DNA from: Clostridia bacterium
Lineage (GTDB): Bacteria; Bacillota; Clostridia; Oscillospirales; CAG-382
Length of the DNA stretch: 64,000 bases
Direction: 5' to 3'
Assembly (NCBI GenBank): GCA_017397955.1
Contig: JAFQHL010000045.1
Span: 26,072-90,071 of the forward strand
Shown here: piece by piece, positions 24,440 to 33,494 of the stretch
Numbering within the stretch: position 1 is the stretch's first letter
Layout of the letters: each line of letters opens with the position of its first letter
Notes under the pieces: generated by a model
Databases searched by the model: none
Told to the model about the DNA's origin: nothing
Seen by the model: only the letters and a program-made list of their open reading frames with translations
Made by a program: the position numbers and the translations under genes

Positions 24440-26047
24440 ATGGCAAAAAGGATACACAAAACCACAACACAGCCTATGGCTCGTGCATCTCCTCGTGTAT
24501 TGATGTCAGGATACGGAGACGCAGGCGCCAGTTACAAACGCAGGGCGCTTAAAGGCTTTACTGCACGAAGCAGTTCGCCTAAAGAAGATATTGATTTTAA
24601 CAATCAGACCCTAAGGCAGCGCAGCAGAATGTTGGCAATGTCAACGCCTATTGCCAAATCGGCTATTAATACCAGTCGCACCAATGTTATAGGATTGGGT
24701 CTTAAGCTTAAGTCTGCAATAAACCATGATATTTTAGGGATGACTGCAGAGCAAGCGGTTGAATGGCAACGTCGTGTTGAGGCGGAGTTTGACTTATGGG
24801 CAAACGATAAGCGCGCATGCGATGCGACAGGGATGAATGACTTTTATGCTTTACAACAGTTGGCGTATTCTTCGTGGCTTGCAAGTGGCGATATATTTGC
24901 CATTATTAAGCGAAAAAAGCCTACGCTCTTTTATCCTTACAGCCTACGTATTCACCTTGTGGAAGCAGATAGAATACGAACACCGGGGATGGCAGGCTGG
25001 GGTGCATTTGGACGCGCAAAAAACGGGAATCGCATTTTTGACGGTGTTGAAGTTGACGACGACGGTGCGGTTGTAGCATATTACGTTTCAAATCAGCATC
25101 CATACGAGATAGGCGACAGCGCAGAAAAAACAGTACGCGTTGAAGCGTATGGCGCTAAAACCGGATTGCCGAATATTATACAGGTTATGGAGTCGGAACG
25201 ACCCGACCAATACAGGGGCGTGAGTTTTCTTGCGCCTGTTATTGAGCCGTTGTTGCAGCTTAGACGTTACACCGATACTGAGCTTACTGCCGCAAACATA
25301 GAGGCCAGCTTTGCGGCATTTGTAAAAACCAACGCTTCAACGGATTCAATGCCGTTTTCTGAGGTCGGTGCCGGTAATATGTACGGCGTACCGATAAACG
25401 AACCACAAACAAGTACATCTGAAAACGAATACGAGCTGTCACCCGGCGCTATTAACATTATGCAACCCGGAGAGGATGTGGTATTTGCCGACCCTAAACG
25501 TCCAAGCGGTGGTTTCAGCGCATTTGTAAACGCTGTATCCGCCCAAGTAGGTGCCGCCTTAGAAATACCTGCGGACTTGCTTCTTAAAGCTTTTAATTCA
25601 AGTTATTCCGCTGCAAGAGCAGCACTTATGGAAGCTTGGAAGTCATTCAAGATGCGTCGTCAGTGGTTTGTTAACGATTTTTGCAAGCCCATATATAAGG
25701 TGTGGCTTTCAGAAGCAATTGCTTTAGGCAGAATATCCGCTCCCGGCTTTTTCACAAACGCACTCATCCGTAATGCATATCTCGGTAGCGAGTGGGTGGG
25801 GCCTGCGCAAGGAATGCTTGACCCAACAAAAGAAATAAAAGCGGAAGTTGAAGCTATAAAGCACGGCTTCTCCACGCACGAAGCCAGCGCAGTAAGGATA
25901 AACGGCAGTCAGTGGCAAGACAATATAAAGCAGCTGGAGGTTGAATATAAGCAAATGCGTGAAGCAGGTATAGCAATAGAGGGCGAAAGTTCCCCTATTA
26001 TAATGGCAAATTCAGCAAAGGAGGATGATTTAGTTGTCGAAGGATAG
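24440..26047 (+). CDS. portal protein, lambda family
   Basis: 535 aa. Position and size fit a lambda gpB-like portal. Confidence 0.8.
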   Translation: MAKRIHKTTTQPMARASPRVLMSGYGDAGASYKRRALKGFTARSSSPKEDIDFNNQTLRQRSRMLAMSTPIAKSAINTSRTNVIGLGLKLKSAINHDILGMTAEQAVEWQRRVEAEFDLWANDKRACDATGMNDFYALQQLAYSSWLASGDIFAIIKRKKPTLFYPYSLRIHLVEADRIRTPGMAGWGAFGRAKNGNRIFDGVEVDDDGAVVAYYVSNQHPYEIGDSAEKTVRVEAYGAKTGLPNIIQVMESERPDQYRGVSFLAPVIEPLLQLRRYTDTELTAANIEASFAAFVKTNASTDSMPFSEVGAGNMYGVPINEPQTSTSENEYELSPGAINIMQPGEDVVFADPKRPSGGFSAFVNAVSAQVGAALEIPADLLLKAFNSSYSAARAALMEAWKSFKMRRQWFVNDFCKPIYKVWLSEAIALGRISAPGFFTNALIRNAYLGSEWVGPAQGMLDPTKEIKAEVEAIKHGFSTHEASAVRINGSQWQDNIKQLEVEYKQMREAGIAIEGESSPIIMANSAKEDDLVVEG

Positions 26048-27221
26048 GCAAAACAAAGACATAGTCCCCCTGTGTTGGAATATAACAAGTATATCCGACA
26101 CTGTAGGGGAAATAAGGCTATACGGTTCAATACAAGAACATCACCCTGTTGATTGGTGGACGGGTGAAAAGTTGCCCGGTATGTATATTACTCCCGAAGG
26201 ATTTTTGGAAGACCTTAAGGAAGTAGAGAACAAAGATACCATTATCATCAAAATCAATAGCAGAGGCGGCGACCTATATACGGGTATTGCTATTCACAAC
26301 GCTATAAAAGCGCTCGACGCAAAAATAACCGTTATAGTTGAAGGTATAGCCGCCAGTGCGGCAAGCATTATTATGTGTGCCGGTGATACAATAAAGGTTT
26401 ATCCCGGAAGTTTGGTAATGGTGCACGAGCCCATTTCCCGTTTCCAAGGTTATTATGATAGACACGACCTTGGCAAAGCGATAAAGATGTTTGAGGCGGA
26501 TATAGATGCTTCCGTGGCGATATATGCGGCAAAGACGGGTGTTGCCGAAGATAAGATTCGGACCATGATGCAAGAAGAAACTTGGATGGCCGGTCGCACT
26601 GCTTTAGATGAAGGCTTTGCAGATGAACTTATTGAGGATGATGAGGATGAAGGACCCCAAGCCAGTATAATAGGCGGAGATGTCCTTATGATAGCAGGTG
26701 TTAGGCACTCTATGGCAGGCTTACACCTTCCTGCAAATATGAAAATACCTAAAATTTCTGCGGAAGATTCCGCTGAAATGAATGAACACGGCGATAAAGC
26801 CGAAGACGAAGGAGGTAATCAAATGCCCAAAACCCTTGAAGAGCTCAGAGCGGAAAACCCCGAACTGTTGGCTCAGATCGAACAGAGCGCCGCAAACGAC
26901 GCGGTGCAAGCAGAGCGTGACCGTATGCAGGCTATTGAAGAGATAGCACATACTATCGGTGATGCCCAACTTGTTGCGGAAGCAAAGTACGGCAAGCCGT
27001 GTACCGCCGCAGATCTTGCACTTGCCGCGGCAAAAAAGCACGCCAAGGCTGGCAGTATGTTCCTTGCCAACGCTGCCGAAGATTTCAGCGCATCAGGAGC
27101 CGCAGAGATCAACGCTACAGGTGCAGGGAATTCAGAAGACAAGCCTGCTACCGCAGAACAACTTAGAGCGCAGGGCAGAGCCGATGCAAAGGCAATAGCC
27201 GGCGCCGGAAAGGAGGATTAA
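26034..27221 (+). CDS. ClpP/S49-type prohead protease fused to a C-terminal scaffold region
   Basis: TTG start after an AAGGAGG RBS. Protease core INSRGGDLYTGIAIHNAIKALDAKITVIVEGIAASAASIIMCAGD. The C-terminus is Ala/Glu-rich and helical. Confidence 0.8.
   Translation: MSKDRQNKDIVPLCWNITSISDTVGEIRLYGSIQEHHPVDWWTGEKLPGMYITPEGFLEDLKEVENKDTIIIKINSRGGDLYTGIAIHNAIKALDAKITVIVEGIAASAASIIMCAGDTIKVYPGSLVMVHEPISRFQGYYDRHDLGKAIKMFEADIDASVAIYAAKTGVAEDKIRTMMQEETWMAGRTALDEGFADELIEDDEDEGPQASIIGGDVLMIAGVRHSMAGLHLPANMKIPKISAEDSAEMNEHGDKAEDEGGNQMPKTLEELRAENPELLAQIEQSAANDAVQAERDRMQAIEEIAHTIGDAQLVAEAKYGKPCTAADLALAAAKKHAKAGSMFLANAAEDFSASGAAEINATGAGNSEDKPATAEQLRAQGRADAKAIAGAGKED
26823..27221 (+). CDS. candidate nested scaffold protein (in-frame internal start, lambda C/Nu3-like)
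   Basis: AAGGAGG lies 7 nt upstream of an in-frame ATG at 26823 (MPKTLEELRAENPELLAQIEQ...). Confidence 0.45.
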   Translation: MPKTLEELRAENPELLAQIEQSAANDAVQAERDRMQAIEEIAHTIGDAQLVAEAKYGKPCTAADLALAAAKKHAKAGSMFLANAAEDFSASGAAEINATGAGNSEDKPATAEQLRAQGRADAKAIAGAGKED

Positions 27222-27225
27222 CCAA

Positions 27226-27606
27226 ATGAGCAAAAACGGACTTCTTGGCAAAATGGAATACGATGGTCTTATAGCAGGTCTTGAGCCTGCTACCATTGTA
27301 GGTACAGGTATAATTCTTGGCGGAGAGGGCGATACCGAATACAAACGCGGTACAGTCTTTGCAAAGAACGGTGACGGTATGCTTGTAATACTGGGCACAG
27401 AAGCCGGCGAAGGTGAACTTCTTGAAGCAAACTGTGTGTTAAGCGAAGACACGGTAGTGGATACAGAAGGCACTACCGCAAATGTGTATGTAGCAGGTTG
27501 TTTTGACCCTGATATGCTTATTGTAGCCGATGGCTACGAACTCACCGATACTGACAAAGAGGCATTGCGCACGCGCGGCATATATCTTTGCAACAAATTT
27601 GATTAA
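27226..27606 (+). CDS. head decoration protein (lambda gpD-like)
   Basis: 126 aa located between the protease and the major capsid protein. Gly-rich beta-type sequence. Confidence 0.6.
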   Translation: MSKNGLLGKMEYDGLIAGLEPATIVGTGIILGGEGDTEYKRGTVFAKNGDGMLVILGTEAGEGELLEANCVLSEDTVVDTEGTTANVYVAGCFDPDMLIVADGYELTDTDKEALRTRGIYLCNKFD

Positions 27607-27620
27607 AAGGAGGTAAATAA

Positions 27621-28685
27621 ATGCCCGGTTTAGATCTTTTTAACACATATTACATGGCGGGACTTGTTGAGAATTCTCCCAGACCTCGCAAATTTTTCCT
27701 TGATCGCTATTTCTCTGAAAGCGAAACTTTCACAACTGATAAAGTTTTGTTTGAGCACGAAGAGGGCGACCTTAACATAGTACCCTTTATCGCTGCAAGC
27801 GTAGGTGATATTCCTGTTGACAGAAACGGTTATTCTGTTTATGAGTTTGCTCCTCCTCTTATCGCACCTTCAAGACTTATCACTCTTGACGATCTTTCCA
27901 AGCGTGGCTTCGGCGAAGCAATATTTGGTGGTTCTACACCTGCAGAGCGTGCAAAGAAGCTTCATCAAAAAGACCTTGTAAATCTTTCCGACCGTATCAC
28001 TCGTCGTGAAGAACTTATGGCTGTTGAAACGATGATAAACAACGGTGTCGATGTACAAGAGTACATTGATGAAAAGACTGTAGGTAAGGTTATTCCTATC
28101 CGTTACTATGACACTGCCGCCGGCAATCCCGGTATCTATACCGTGTCGGGCGTATGGACAGGATACGACGCAATGTGTGCTGATATCGAAGCGATGTGCG
28201 ATAGTTTGGCAGAGAACGATCAGCCTGCTACTGATTTGGTAATCGGTACTGATGTGTGGGCTACTATGAGGCAGTTTGCCGAACTTAAAGAAATCCTTGA
28301 TAACAGACGCATTGATATGGGCTTTGTAAAGCCTGAAGAAGTTGCACCCGGTGTTACAAAAGTTGCAGAGCTTAACTTTGGTGGATATGTGCTGTCTGTC
28401 TTTGTGCCTAAAGAAAAGTACAGAGATGCAAGCGGCAACATTCAAAATGTATTCCCCACAAAAAGCGTGCTCGTTACTGCTCCTAATTGCGGTAAGCGAT
28501 ATTATGGTGCTGTAACTCAAATTCCTTATGGAAGCAGCATTCAGGAAACCGTTGAGGGCGAAAGAATTCCCAAGCTTGTTGTTGATCAAAACAAGGACAT
28601 CCGTAAACTCCGTGTAGCAAGCCGTCCTCTCACTGCGCCTAAGACTGCATCTCCTTGGAGATACGCCGCAAATGTAGTTAACTGA
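27621..28685 (+). CDS. major capsid protein, lambda gpE family
   Basis: 354 aa. The N-terminus MPGLDLFNTYYMAGLVENSPRPRKFFLDRYF is typical of the Phage_cap_E family. Confidence 0.8.
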   Translation: MPGLDLFNTYYMAGLVENSPRPRKFFLDRYFSESETFTTDKVLFEHEEGDLNIVPFIAASVGDIPVDRNGYSVYEFAPPLIAPSRLITLDDLSKRGFGEAIFGGSTPAERAKKLHQKDLVNLSDRITRREELMAVETMINNGVDVQEYIDEKTVGKVIPIRYYDTAAGNPGIYTVSGVWTGYDAMCADIEAMCDSLAENDQPATDLVIGTDVWATMRQFAELKEILDNRRIDMGFVKPEEVAPGVTKVAELNFGGYVLSVFVPKEKYRDASGNIQNVFPTKSVLVTAPNCGKRYYGAVTQIPYGSSIQETVEGERIPKLVVDQNKDIRKLRVASRPLTAPKTASPWRYAANVVN

Positions 28686-28708
28686 TAAAAAAGCAAAAGG
28701 AGCCCAAT

Positions 28709-29149
28709 ATGAAAAAAATAAAGATTATAAGCGGCACTTATGGGCATCGCTCAAAAGGCGCCGCTTTTGTTGAGCCTAAAACTCCATCAAGCCAGCCTTT
28801 TTATGTCTCCGACGAAGAGGCTGACCGCCTTATAAACCTCGGTGTTGCGGCAATAATCGGCAACGATATTGCCGATTCTCCCTACGATGAAGCTGAGCTA
28901 CACGAGGGCGAAACCGAGATGGTTCTCAAAGGTGTCGATGCTGCCAAACCGTTCATGCCTTCATACAGCGTTGAGAGCAAAGCTCAAGAACTTCGAGATA
29001 TCGGAAAAGATGTAGGTATAACCTTCCGTGTAGGCACAAGTAAAGAAGAGATGGTAAGACAACTTGATAACTATTTCGCTGCCGAAAGCGGAGAGGGTGA
29101 CGATGAAGATTGTGAGCTTTCTCTGACACCGTTGGGGCTTTCTGTATGA
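28709..29149 (+). CDS. hypothetical head-associated protein
   Basis: 146 aa. Called by position in the head module only. Confidence 0.35.
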   Translation: MKKIKIISGTYGHRSKGAAFVEPKTPSSQPFYVSDEEADRLINLGVAAIIGNDIADSPYDEAELHEGETEMVLKGVDAAKPFMPSYSVESKAQELRDIGKDVGITFRVGTSKEEMVRQLDNYFAAESGEGDDEDCELSLTPLGLSV

Positions 29150-29505
29150 GTTTTAAAGATGAAGTAGCGCGTGATATACACGCCGTTTTTCTTAACGACA
29201 AAGAGTTTGCTGATAGACATACACTAAGGTACAGCGGAAAAACATACGAGAATATCCCTGTAACGCTTGTCAAACAGCAAGAAAGGGAGAAAAACGCAGG
29301 TAATACAGAATCGTTGTACTCAGTTGACGCTACTGCTTATATTTCTGAAACAGACTTAGAGGGCGCAATTCTTGAACCGCGTCAGTATCTTGAAATTGAC
29401 GACGGCACAGCCCTTGGCAAACCGTTCTTCGTGCATTATCGTATTCTATCGGTTGATAACGCTATGGGTATGTATGTTGTTGAGCTGGAGGCTCTTGATG
29501 AATGA
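29146..29505 (+). CDS. head-tail connector-like hypothetical protein
   Basis: 119 aa, translationally coupled to its neighbour. Position is equivalent to lambda FII. Confidence 0.35.
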   Translation: MSFKDEVARDIHAVFLNDKEFADRHTLRYSGKTYENIPVTLVKQQEREKNAGNTESLYSVDATAYISETDLEGAILEPRQYLEIDDGTALGKPFFVHYRILSVDNAMGMYVVELEALDE

Positions 29506-30164
29506 GCGTGACAAGAAAGACAGGTACGGGGCTTGGAGCGGTAATAGATGGCGGTGATGCCATAGAAAGAGCAAGACTGCTTTTGTCGGGTATACCCGGC
29601 GGTGCAGAAAAAGCCGTTAAAGCAGCCGTGTCCCGTGCCGCAAGTAATCTCAAAGCCAATTCAAGCCGTGAGGTTAGGAAAGAATACGCTATCTCACATA
29701 AAGGACTTAGCACCGACAAAAATGTACGCATCACTGCATACGGTGGGGGGCTTGGTGCAGATGTCGTTTTTCGTGGGATGAAAATACCACTTGCGAAGTT
29801 TTCTATTTCTCCTAAAGTACCTACACTCGACAAAACGAAGCTAATCAGCGCTTTAATCAACGGAGCGTGGAAAAAGGTACATCCCGGCAAACCAGTCAAA
29901 GCCAGTATAAAAATAGGAGCGCCTGGGGTGACATCAAAGCGCGCTTTCGTTGCCCGTATGTCTAGTGGGCATCTTGGTATATTTGATCGCAAAGACCGCA
30001 AATCTGCGGCAATTACCGAGCGTTTTGGGCCGTCAATTCCCGAGATGCTTTCAAATGAGGATGTTAGAAATCACCTTGTTATAGAAGCAGGAAGGGTGTT
30101 TGAAAACCGTGTTGAGCATGAGATTACAAGAATTCTTACCACTCAAGGAGGGCGAAGTTTATGA
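29502..30164 (+). CDS. minor tail protein Z-like
   Basis: 220 aa. AEKAVKAAVSRAASNLKANSSREVRKEYAIS and the later basic segment resemble lambda gpZ. Called by eye only. Confidence 0.4.
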   Translation: MSVTRKTGTGLGAVIDGGDAIERARLLLSGIPGGAEKAVKAAVSRAASNLKANSSREVRKEYAISHKGLSTDKNVRITAYGGGLGADVVFRGMKIPLAKFSISPKVPTLDKTKLISALINGAWKKVHPGKPVKASIKIGAPGVTSKRAFVARMSSGHLGIFDRKDRKSAAITERFGPSIPEMLSNEDVRNHLVIEAGRVFENRVEHEITRILTTQGGRSL

Positions 30165-30652
30165 CTGTAACAAAGCTGCTCTGTGATTTGAAAACTTTTT
30201 GCGAGAGGCAAACAGCACATTTTCTGTATTGTGTACCGGTGCAAAAAGGAGACACGGAAGAAAAGTGTAGACCGCCCAATGTATTTAAGCAAAGAGTGCC
30301 ACACACGGATGAAGCGGAAAAATATTCACCGCTCATACTTGTGCAGTATCTTGGTGGAGGAACAAAGCAACCGCAAGGGCTTAGGGCTGAAACAACCGCA
30401 AAAATCCGAATTTCATTTTGTGTTTACGACCGAACAAGCGAAGAAGAAGGCAGTATGGCTCTTTTAACGCTTATGGATGCTGTTAAGCACTCACTTCTGC
30501 AACAAGTAATCATAGGCAAACAATTTAAGCTTGACCTCGAAACGGGCGTCGAGGATGAGGTTTATAACGAAAACACAGCCCCTTACTATATCGGTGAGCT
30601 GAACTGTGTTTTTAAACTTCCGCCCGTTGAAAGAGAGGTTTATTATGGCTAA
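30161..30652 (+). CDS. tail completion / terminator-like hypothetical protein
   Basis: 163 aa. Called by position only. Confidence 0.3.
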   Translation: MTVTKLLCDLKTFCERQTAHFLYCVPVQKGDTEEKCRPPNVFKQRVPHTDEAEKYSPLILVQYLGGGTKQPQGLRAETTAKIRISFCVYDRTSEEEGSMALLTLMDAVKHSLLQQVIIGKQFKLDLETGVEDEVYNENTAPYYIGELNCVFKLPPVEREVYYG

Positions 30653-30929
30653 AAAGACGAAGTTAACACCAACGGTATCATCATCCGTTGGTGTTTATGT
30701 TTACCTTGGTCCTACAATCCACGGGGTTATTCAAAACGGTACAATCTTTAAGGGAGCCTTTGAAGATGTTTGTAAAAGAAACTTAGACGCGATCAAGCGC
30801 TTTCCTGACATTAGAAGATTTATTGTTAAAGATACCGAGGTGTCAAAAGTTAAAGCGTCGCTTAAGGAAGGCGAAAACTTTTTAAGTAACGCTTACAAAA
30901 AGATTATTTCTCAAATTCAAGGAGGATAA
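30645..30929 (+). CDS. hypothetical structural-module protein
   Basis: ATG 30645 follows an AAAGAGAGG RBS. 94 aa. Confidence 0.35.
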   Translation: MAKKTKLTPTVSSSVGVYVYLGPTIHGVIQNGTIFKGAFEDVCKRNLDAIKRFPDIRRFIVKDTEVSKVKASLKEGENFLSNAYKKIISQIQGG

Positions 30930-30932
30930 ATT

Positions 30933-32369
30933 ATGTTGGAACACGGCATTAACGCCGTCAAAGACGGCACGAACTTTGCCGCCGTTACTTCTGCAAAGTC
31001 CGGCATCCCTTGCTTTATCGGCGCGTGGCCCTGCCACGCGGCACAAGGGTACATGGGCGAGCCTCAGCTGATACTTAACTATGATGAGGCAGTAAAGGTG
31101 GGCGGCTACAGCGACGAGTGGAGAAATGCAGACGGCACGCCTAAATGGAATTTGTGCCAGGCGATATACGCTCACTTTAGATTGGCAGGTATGAGCCCTG
31201 CTATATTTATCAATGTTTTTGACCCTGCAGTTAACAAGAAAATCGCATCACGCGAAAAATGTGCTGTTGTTGATCACCGCGTAGTGATAGCCGACGGCAT
31301 CAAAGATTCAAGCCTTGAGGTAGAAGTTGACGCCGAGGTTGCGAATACCCTTACAGAAGGTGTAGATTACGAAGCTTACTATGTAAACAGTGCTCTTACA
31401 ATAGAACTTATTGAAGGTAGTTCCGCCTACAACATAGCTTCGTTGACAATCAGCTATAACAAAGCGGATCTTACAAGCATTACTGCAGACACCATAGAAA
31501 CGGCAATCGAAAAGGTTGAACGATGCAAAAACCTTTTGGGTGTTGTCCCCGATCTTCTTTGTGCTCCCGGTTGGAGTCAAACTCCTGCTGTCGCCGCACT
31601 TCTTGCGGTTAAGGCGGCAAATATAAACGGGCTTTATAAAGCTAAGGCAGTAGTGGACCTTGACACCTCTGAAGATGCTGCAGATACATACGACAAAGTT
31701 GCGGCGTATAAGACCGAAAACGGTTACACCGACGATAATCAGATAGTATGTTGGCCGCTTTTAAAGGCAAACGGATATGTGTTTGATTATTCCGTCATTC
31801 TTTGCGGTGCAATAGCAGCTATCGATGAAAGCAATGATAACTGTCCTTATGAAAGCCCTTCCAACAAGTTAATCAGCATAAGCGGTGCTTGTAACGCCGC
31901 AAACAAAGACATTTCTCTTCCCGTTCCCGAAGCAAATATCGTATGCAACGCAGGTGTGGTTACAGCTCTTAATTTTAACGGTTGGAGAATTTGGGGCAAC
32001 TATACAGCTTGTTGGCCCACAGAAGCAGATGTAGCAAAACATTTTATATGCACATCTCGTGTACAGGATTGGATATGCAATAGCTTTATAAATGCGTTTT
32101 GGAGCTATATAGACAGACCCATGACGCGTGTGCTTATTGACGCTGTTGTAGATTCTTTCAACTTGTGGCTTGCAGGGCTCAGAAGTGCAGGCGCTCTTCA
32201 TGATGGCGAAATACGGTATGTTGCCGACAATAACAATACTTCGCAGCTTATTGGCGGGCGTTTTCGCCTGGATACACGCAGCGCGTCTCCCACGCCTGCA
32301 CAGCGCATAGATATGCATGCCGAATTTGATGTAGATATGCTTGTAAGTGCGCTTAACAACAATGCATAG
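30933..32369 (+). CDS. contractile tail sheath protein
   Basis: 478 aa. Size and position immediately before the tube protein fit a sheath. Confidence 0.75.
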   Translation: MLEHGINAVKDGTNFAAVTSAKSGIPCFIGAWPCHAAQGYMGEPQLILNYDEAVKVGGYSDEWRNADGTPKWNLCQAIYAHFRLAGMSPAIFINVFDPAVNKKIASREKCAVVDHRVVIADGIKDSSLEVEVDAEVANTLTEGVDYEAYYVNSALTIELIEGSSAYNIASLTISYNKADLTSITADTIETAIEKVERCKNLLGVVPDLLCAPGWSQTPAVAALLAVKAANINGLYKAKAVVDLDTSEDAADTYDKVAAYKTENGYTDDNQIVCWPLLKANGYVFDYSVILCGAIAAIDESNDNCPYESPSNKLISISGACNAANKDISLPVPEANIVCNAGVVTALNFNGWRIWGNYTACWPTEADVAKHFICTSRVQDWICNSFINAFWSYIDRPMTRVLIDAVVDSFNLWLAGLRSAGALHDGEIRYVADNNNTSQLIGGRFRLDTRSASPTPAQRIDMHAEFDVDMLVSALNNNA

Positions 32370-32380
32370 GAGGTACAGAA

Positions 32381-32890
32381 ATGCACGGAACTATTGATTT
32401 TGCCGTTTATGAAGACGGCAAAAACTTTCTCGGTATTGCAAAGGTAGGCTTACCCGATATCTCTTACAAAAAAATTACGGTAAACGGCGCAGGTATCCCC
32501 GGTGATGTGGATATTCCTGTTTTGGGTCATACCGACGCTATGACCATGACTATTGATTTTACCGATCACAGAGCGGAGCAAGAGCGTCTTGCGGAAATGC
32601 GTACACATGTGCTTGATTTGCGTGTAGCAAAAGAGTCTTACGATCATGTTGCTGGCGACATATCCGTAATTCCGCATAAGTATGTGGTTAAGGTAATTCC
32701 CGTTTCCAAAACTGGCGGAGAGGTAGCCCCTGCTTCTGCGCAAACAACCACTAATACATATTCCTGCCTCTATATGGCAGAGTATATAAACGGCAAGCTT
32801 GTAAGGAAATACGATCCGTTTGCATACGACCATGTTGATGCATCCGGCAGAAATGTTCTTGCGGCGGTTAAAAGCGCCCTTGGTAAGTAA
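32381..32890 (+). CDS. tail tube protein (P2 FII-like)
   Basis: 169 aa. Contains FAVYEDGKNFLGIAKVGLPDISYKKITVNGAGIPGDVDIPVLGHTDAMTMTIDF. Confidence 0.75.
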   Translation: MHGTIDFAVYEDGKNFLGIAKVGLPDISYKKITVNGAGIPGDVDIPVLGHTDAMTMTIDFTDHRAEQERLAEMRTHVLDLRVAKESYDHVAGDISVIPHKYVVKVIPVSKTGGEVAPASAQTTTNTYSCLYMAEYINGKLVRKYDPFAYDHVDASGRNVLAAVKSALGK

Positions 32891-32900
32891 CCAAATTACG

Positions 32901-32932
32901 ACCGTGCCGCCTGATAAGTTAGGCGGCACGGT
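32901..32932 (+). terminator. intrinsic terminator/attenuator after the tube gene
   Basis: ACCGTGCCGCCT / AGGCGGCACGGT 12-bp stem followed by TTTT. Confidence 0.6.
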
Positions 32933-32958
32933 TTTACAGAATCAGAAAGGAGCAAAAT

Positions 32959-33327
32959 ATGAACACAAACGAAAACATAGACATCAACGAGGAAGAGGTC
33001 ATTGCAGCAAAAATGGAAGCAAAAAACTCTCCTGATGTTTTTACAATAAACTTTAAGACGCCCATACCCTACAATGAAAAAGAATATGCTTCTCTCACCT
33101 TTGATTTTGGCTCTCTTACGGGTAATGATGACCTTGCAATCGAAGATGAGCTCGCTGCGCTTAATGTAATGCTTGTAACGCCTGCTTTTTCGGGGCATTA
33201 TCTTATCAGAATGGCGGCTAAAGCTTGCAAAGAGCCTATTGGCTGTGACTTTTTAAGGGCATTAAACCTAAAGGAGTATTCTAAAATCAGAAGTGCCGCA
33301 CGAAGTTTTTTGCTAAAAGCGGAATAA
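32959..33327 (+). CDS. tail assembly chaperone (P2 gpE / lambda gpG analogue)
   Basis: 122-aa acidic protein located between the tube and the tape measure. Confidence 0.65.
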   Translation: MNTNENIDINEEEVIAAKMEAKNSPDVFTINFKTPIPYNEKEYASLTFDFGSLTGNDDLAIEDELAALNVMLVTPAFSGHYLIRMAAKACKEPIGCDFLRALNLKEYSKIRSAARSFLLKAE

Positions 33328-33476
33328 CCGTAAGTGACGGTGGAAGGTGGTTGCGTAAAGCCTGCCTTGCTTTGGCAGAAGCCAACAATACCCCCGTGCC
33401 GTACTGGTTATCGCTGTCTTTTCGGAGCCTAAGGGCGTGGATAAACGCCCATAACGATTTTCACAAACGCAAATAA
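32959..33476 (+). CDS. -1 frameshift-extended tail chaperone (gpE+E' / gpGT analogue)
   Basis: Slippery heptamer T_TTT_TTG at 33306-33312 in the X_XXY_YYZ register. The -1 frame is open for 54 codons (AKSGITVSDGGRWLRKACLALAEANNTPVPYWLSLSFRSLRAWINAHNDFHKRK) up to TAA at 33474-33476. Confidence 0.6.
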
Positions 33477-33494
33477 TAAAAGGAGGGCTGCTAT

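Noticed and set aside
27870-28589. 239-aa ORF on the minus strand inside the head module
   Set aside because: It is antisense to the gpE-family major capsid gene and would break an otherwise uniformly plus-strand late operon.
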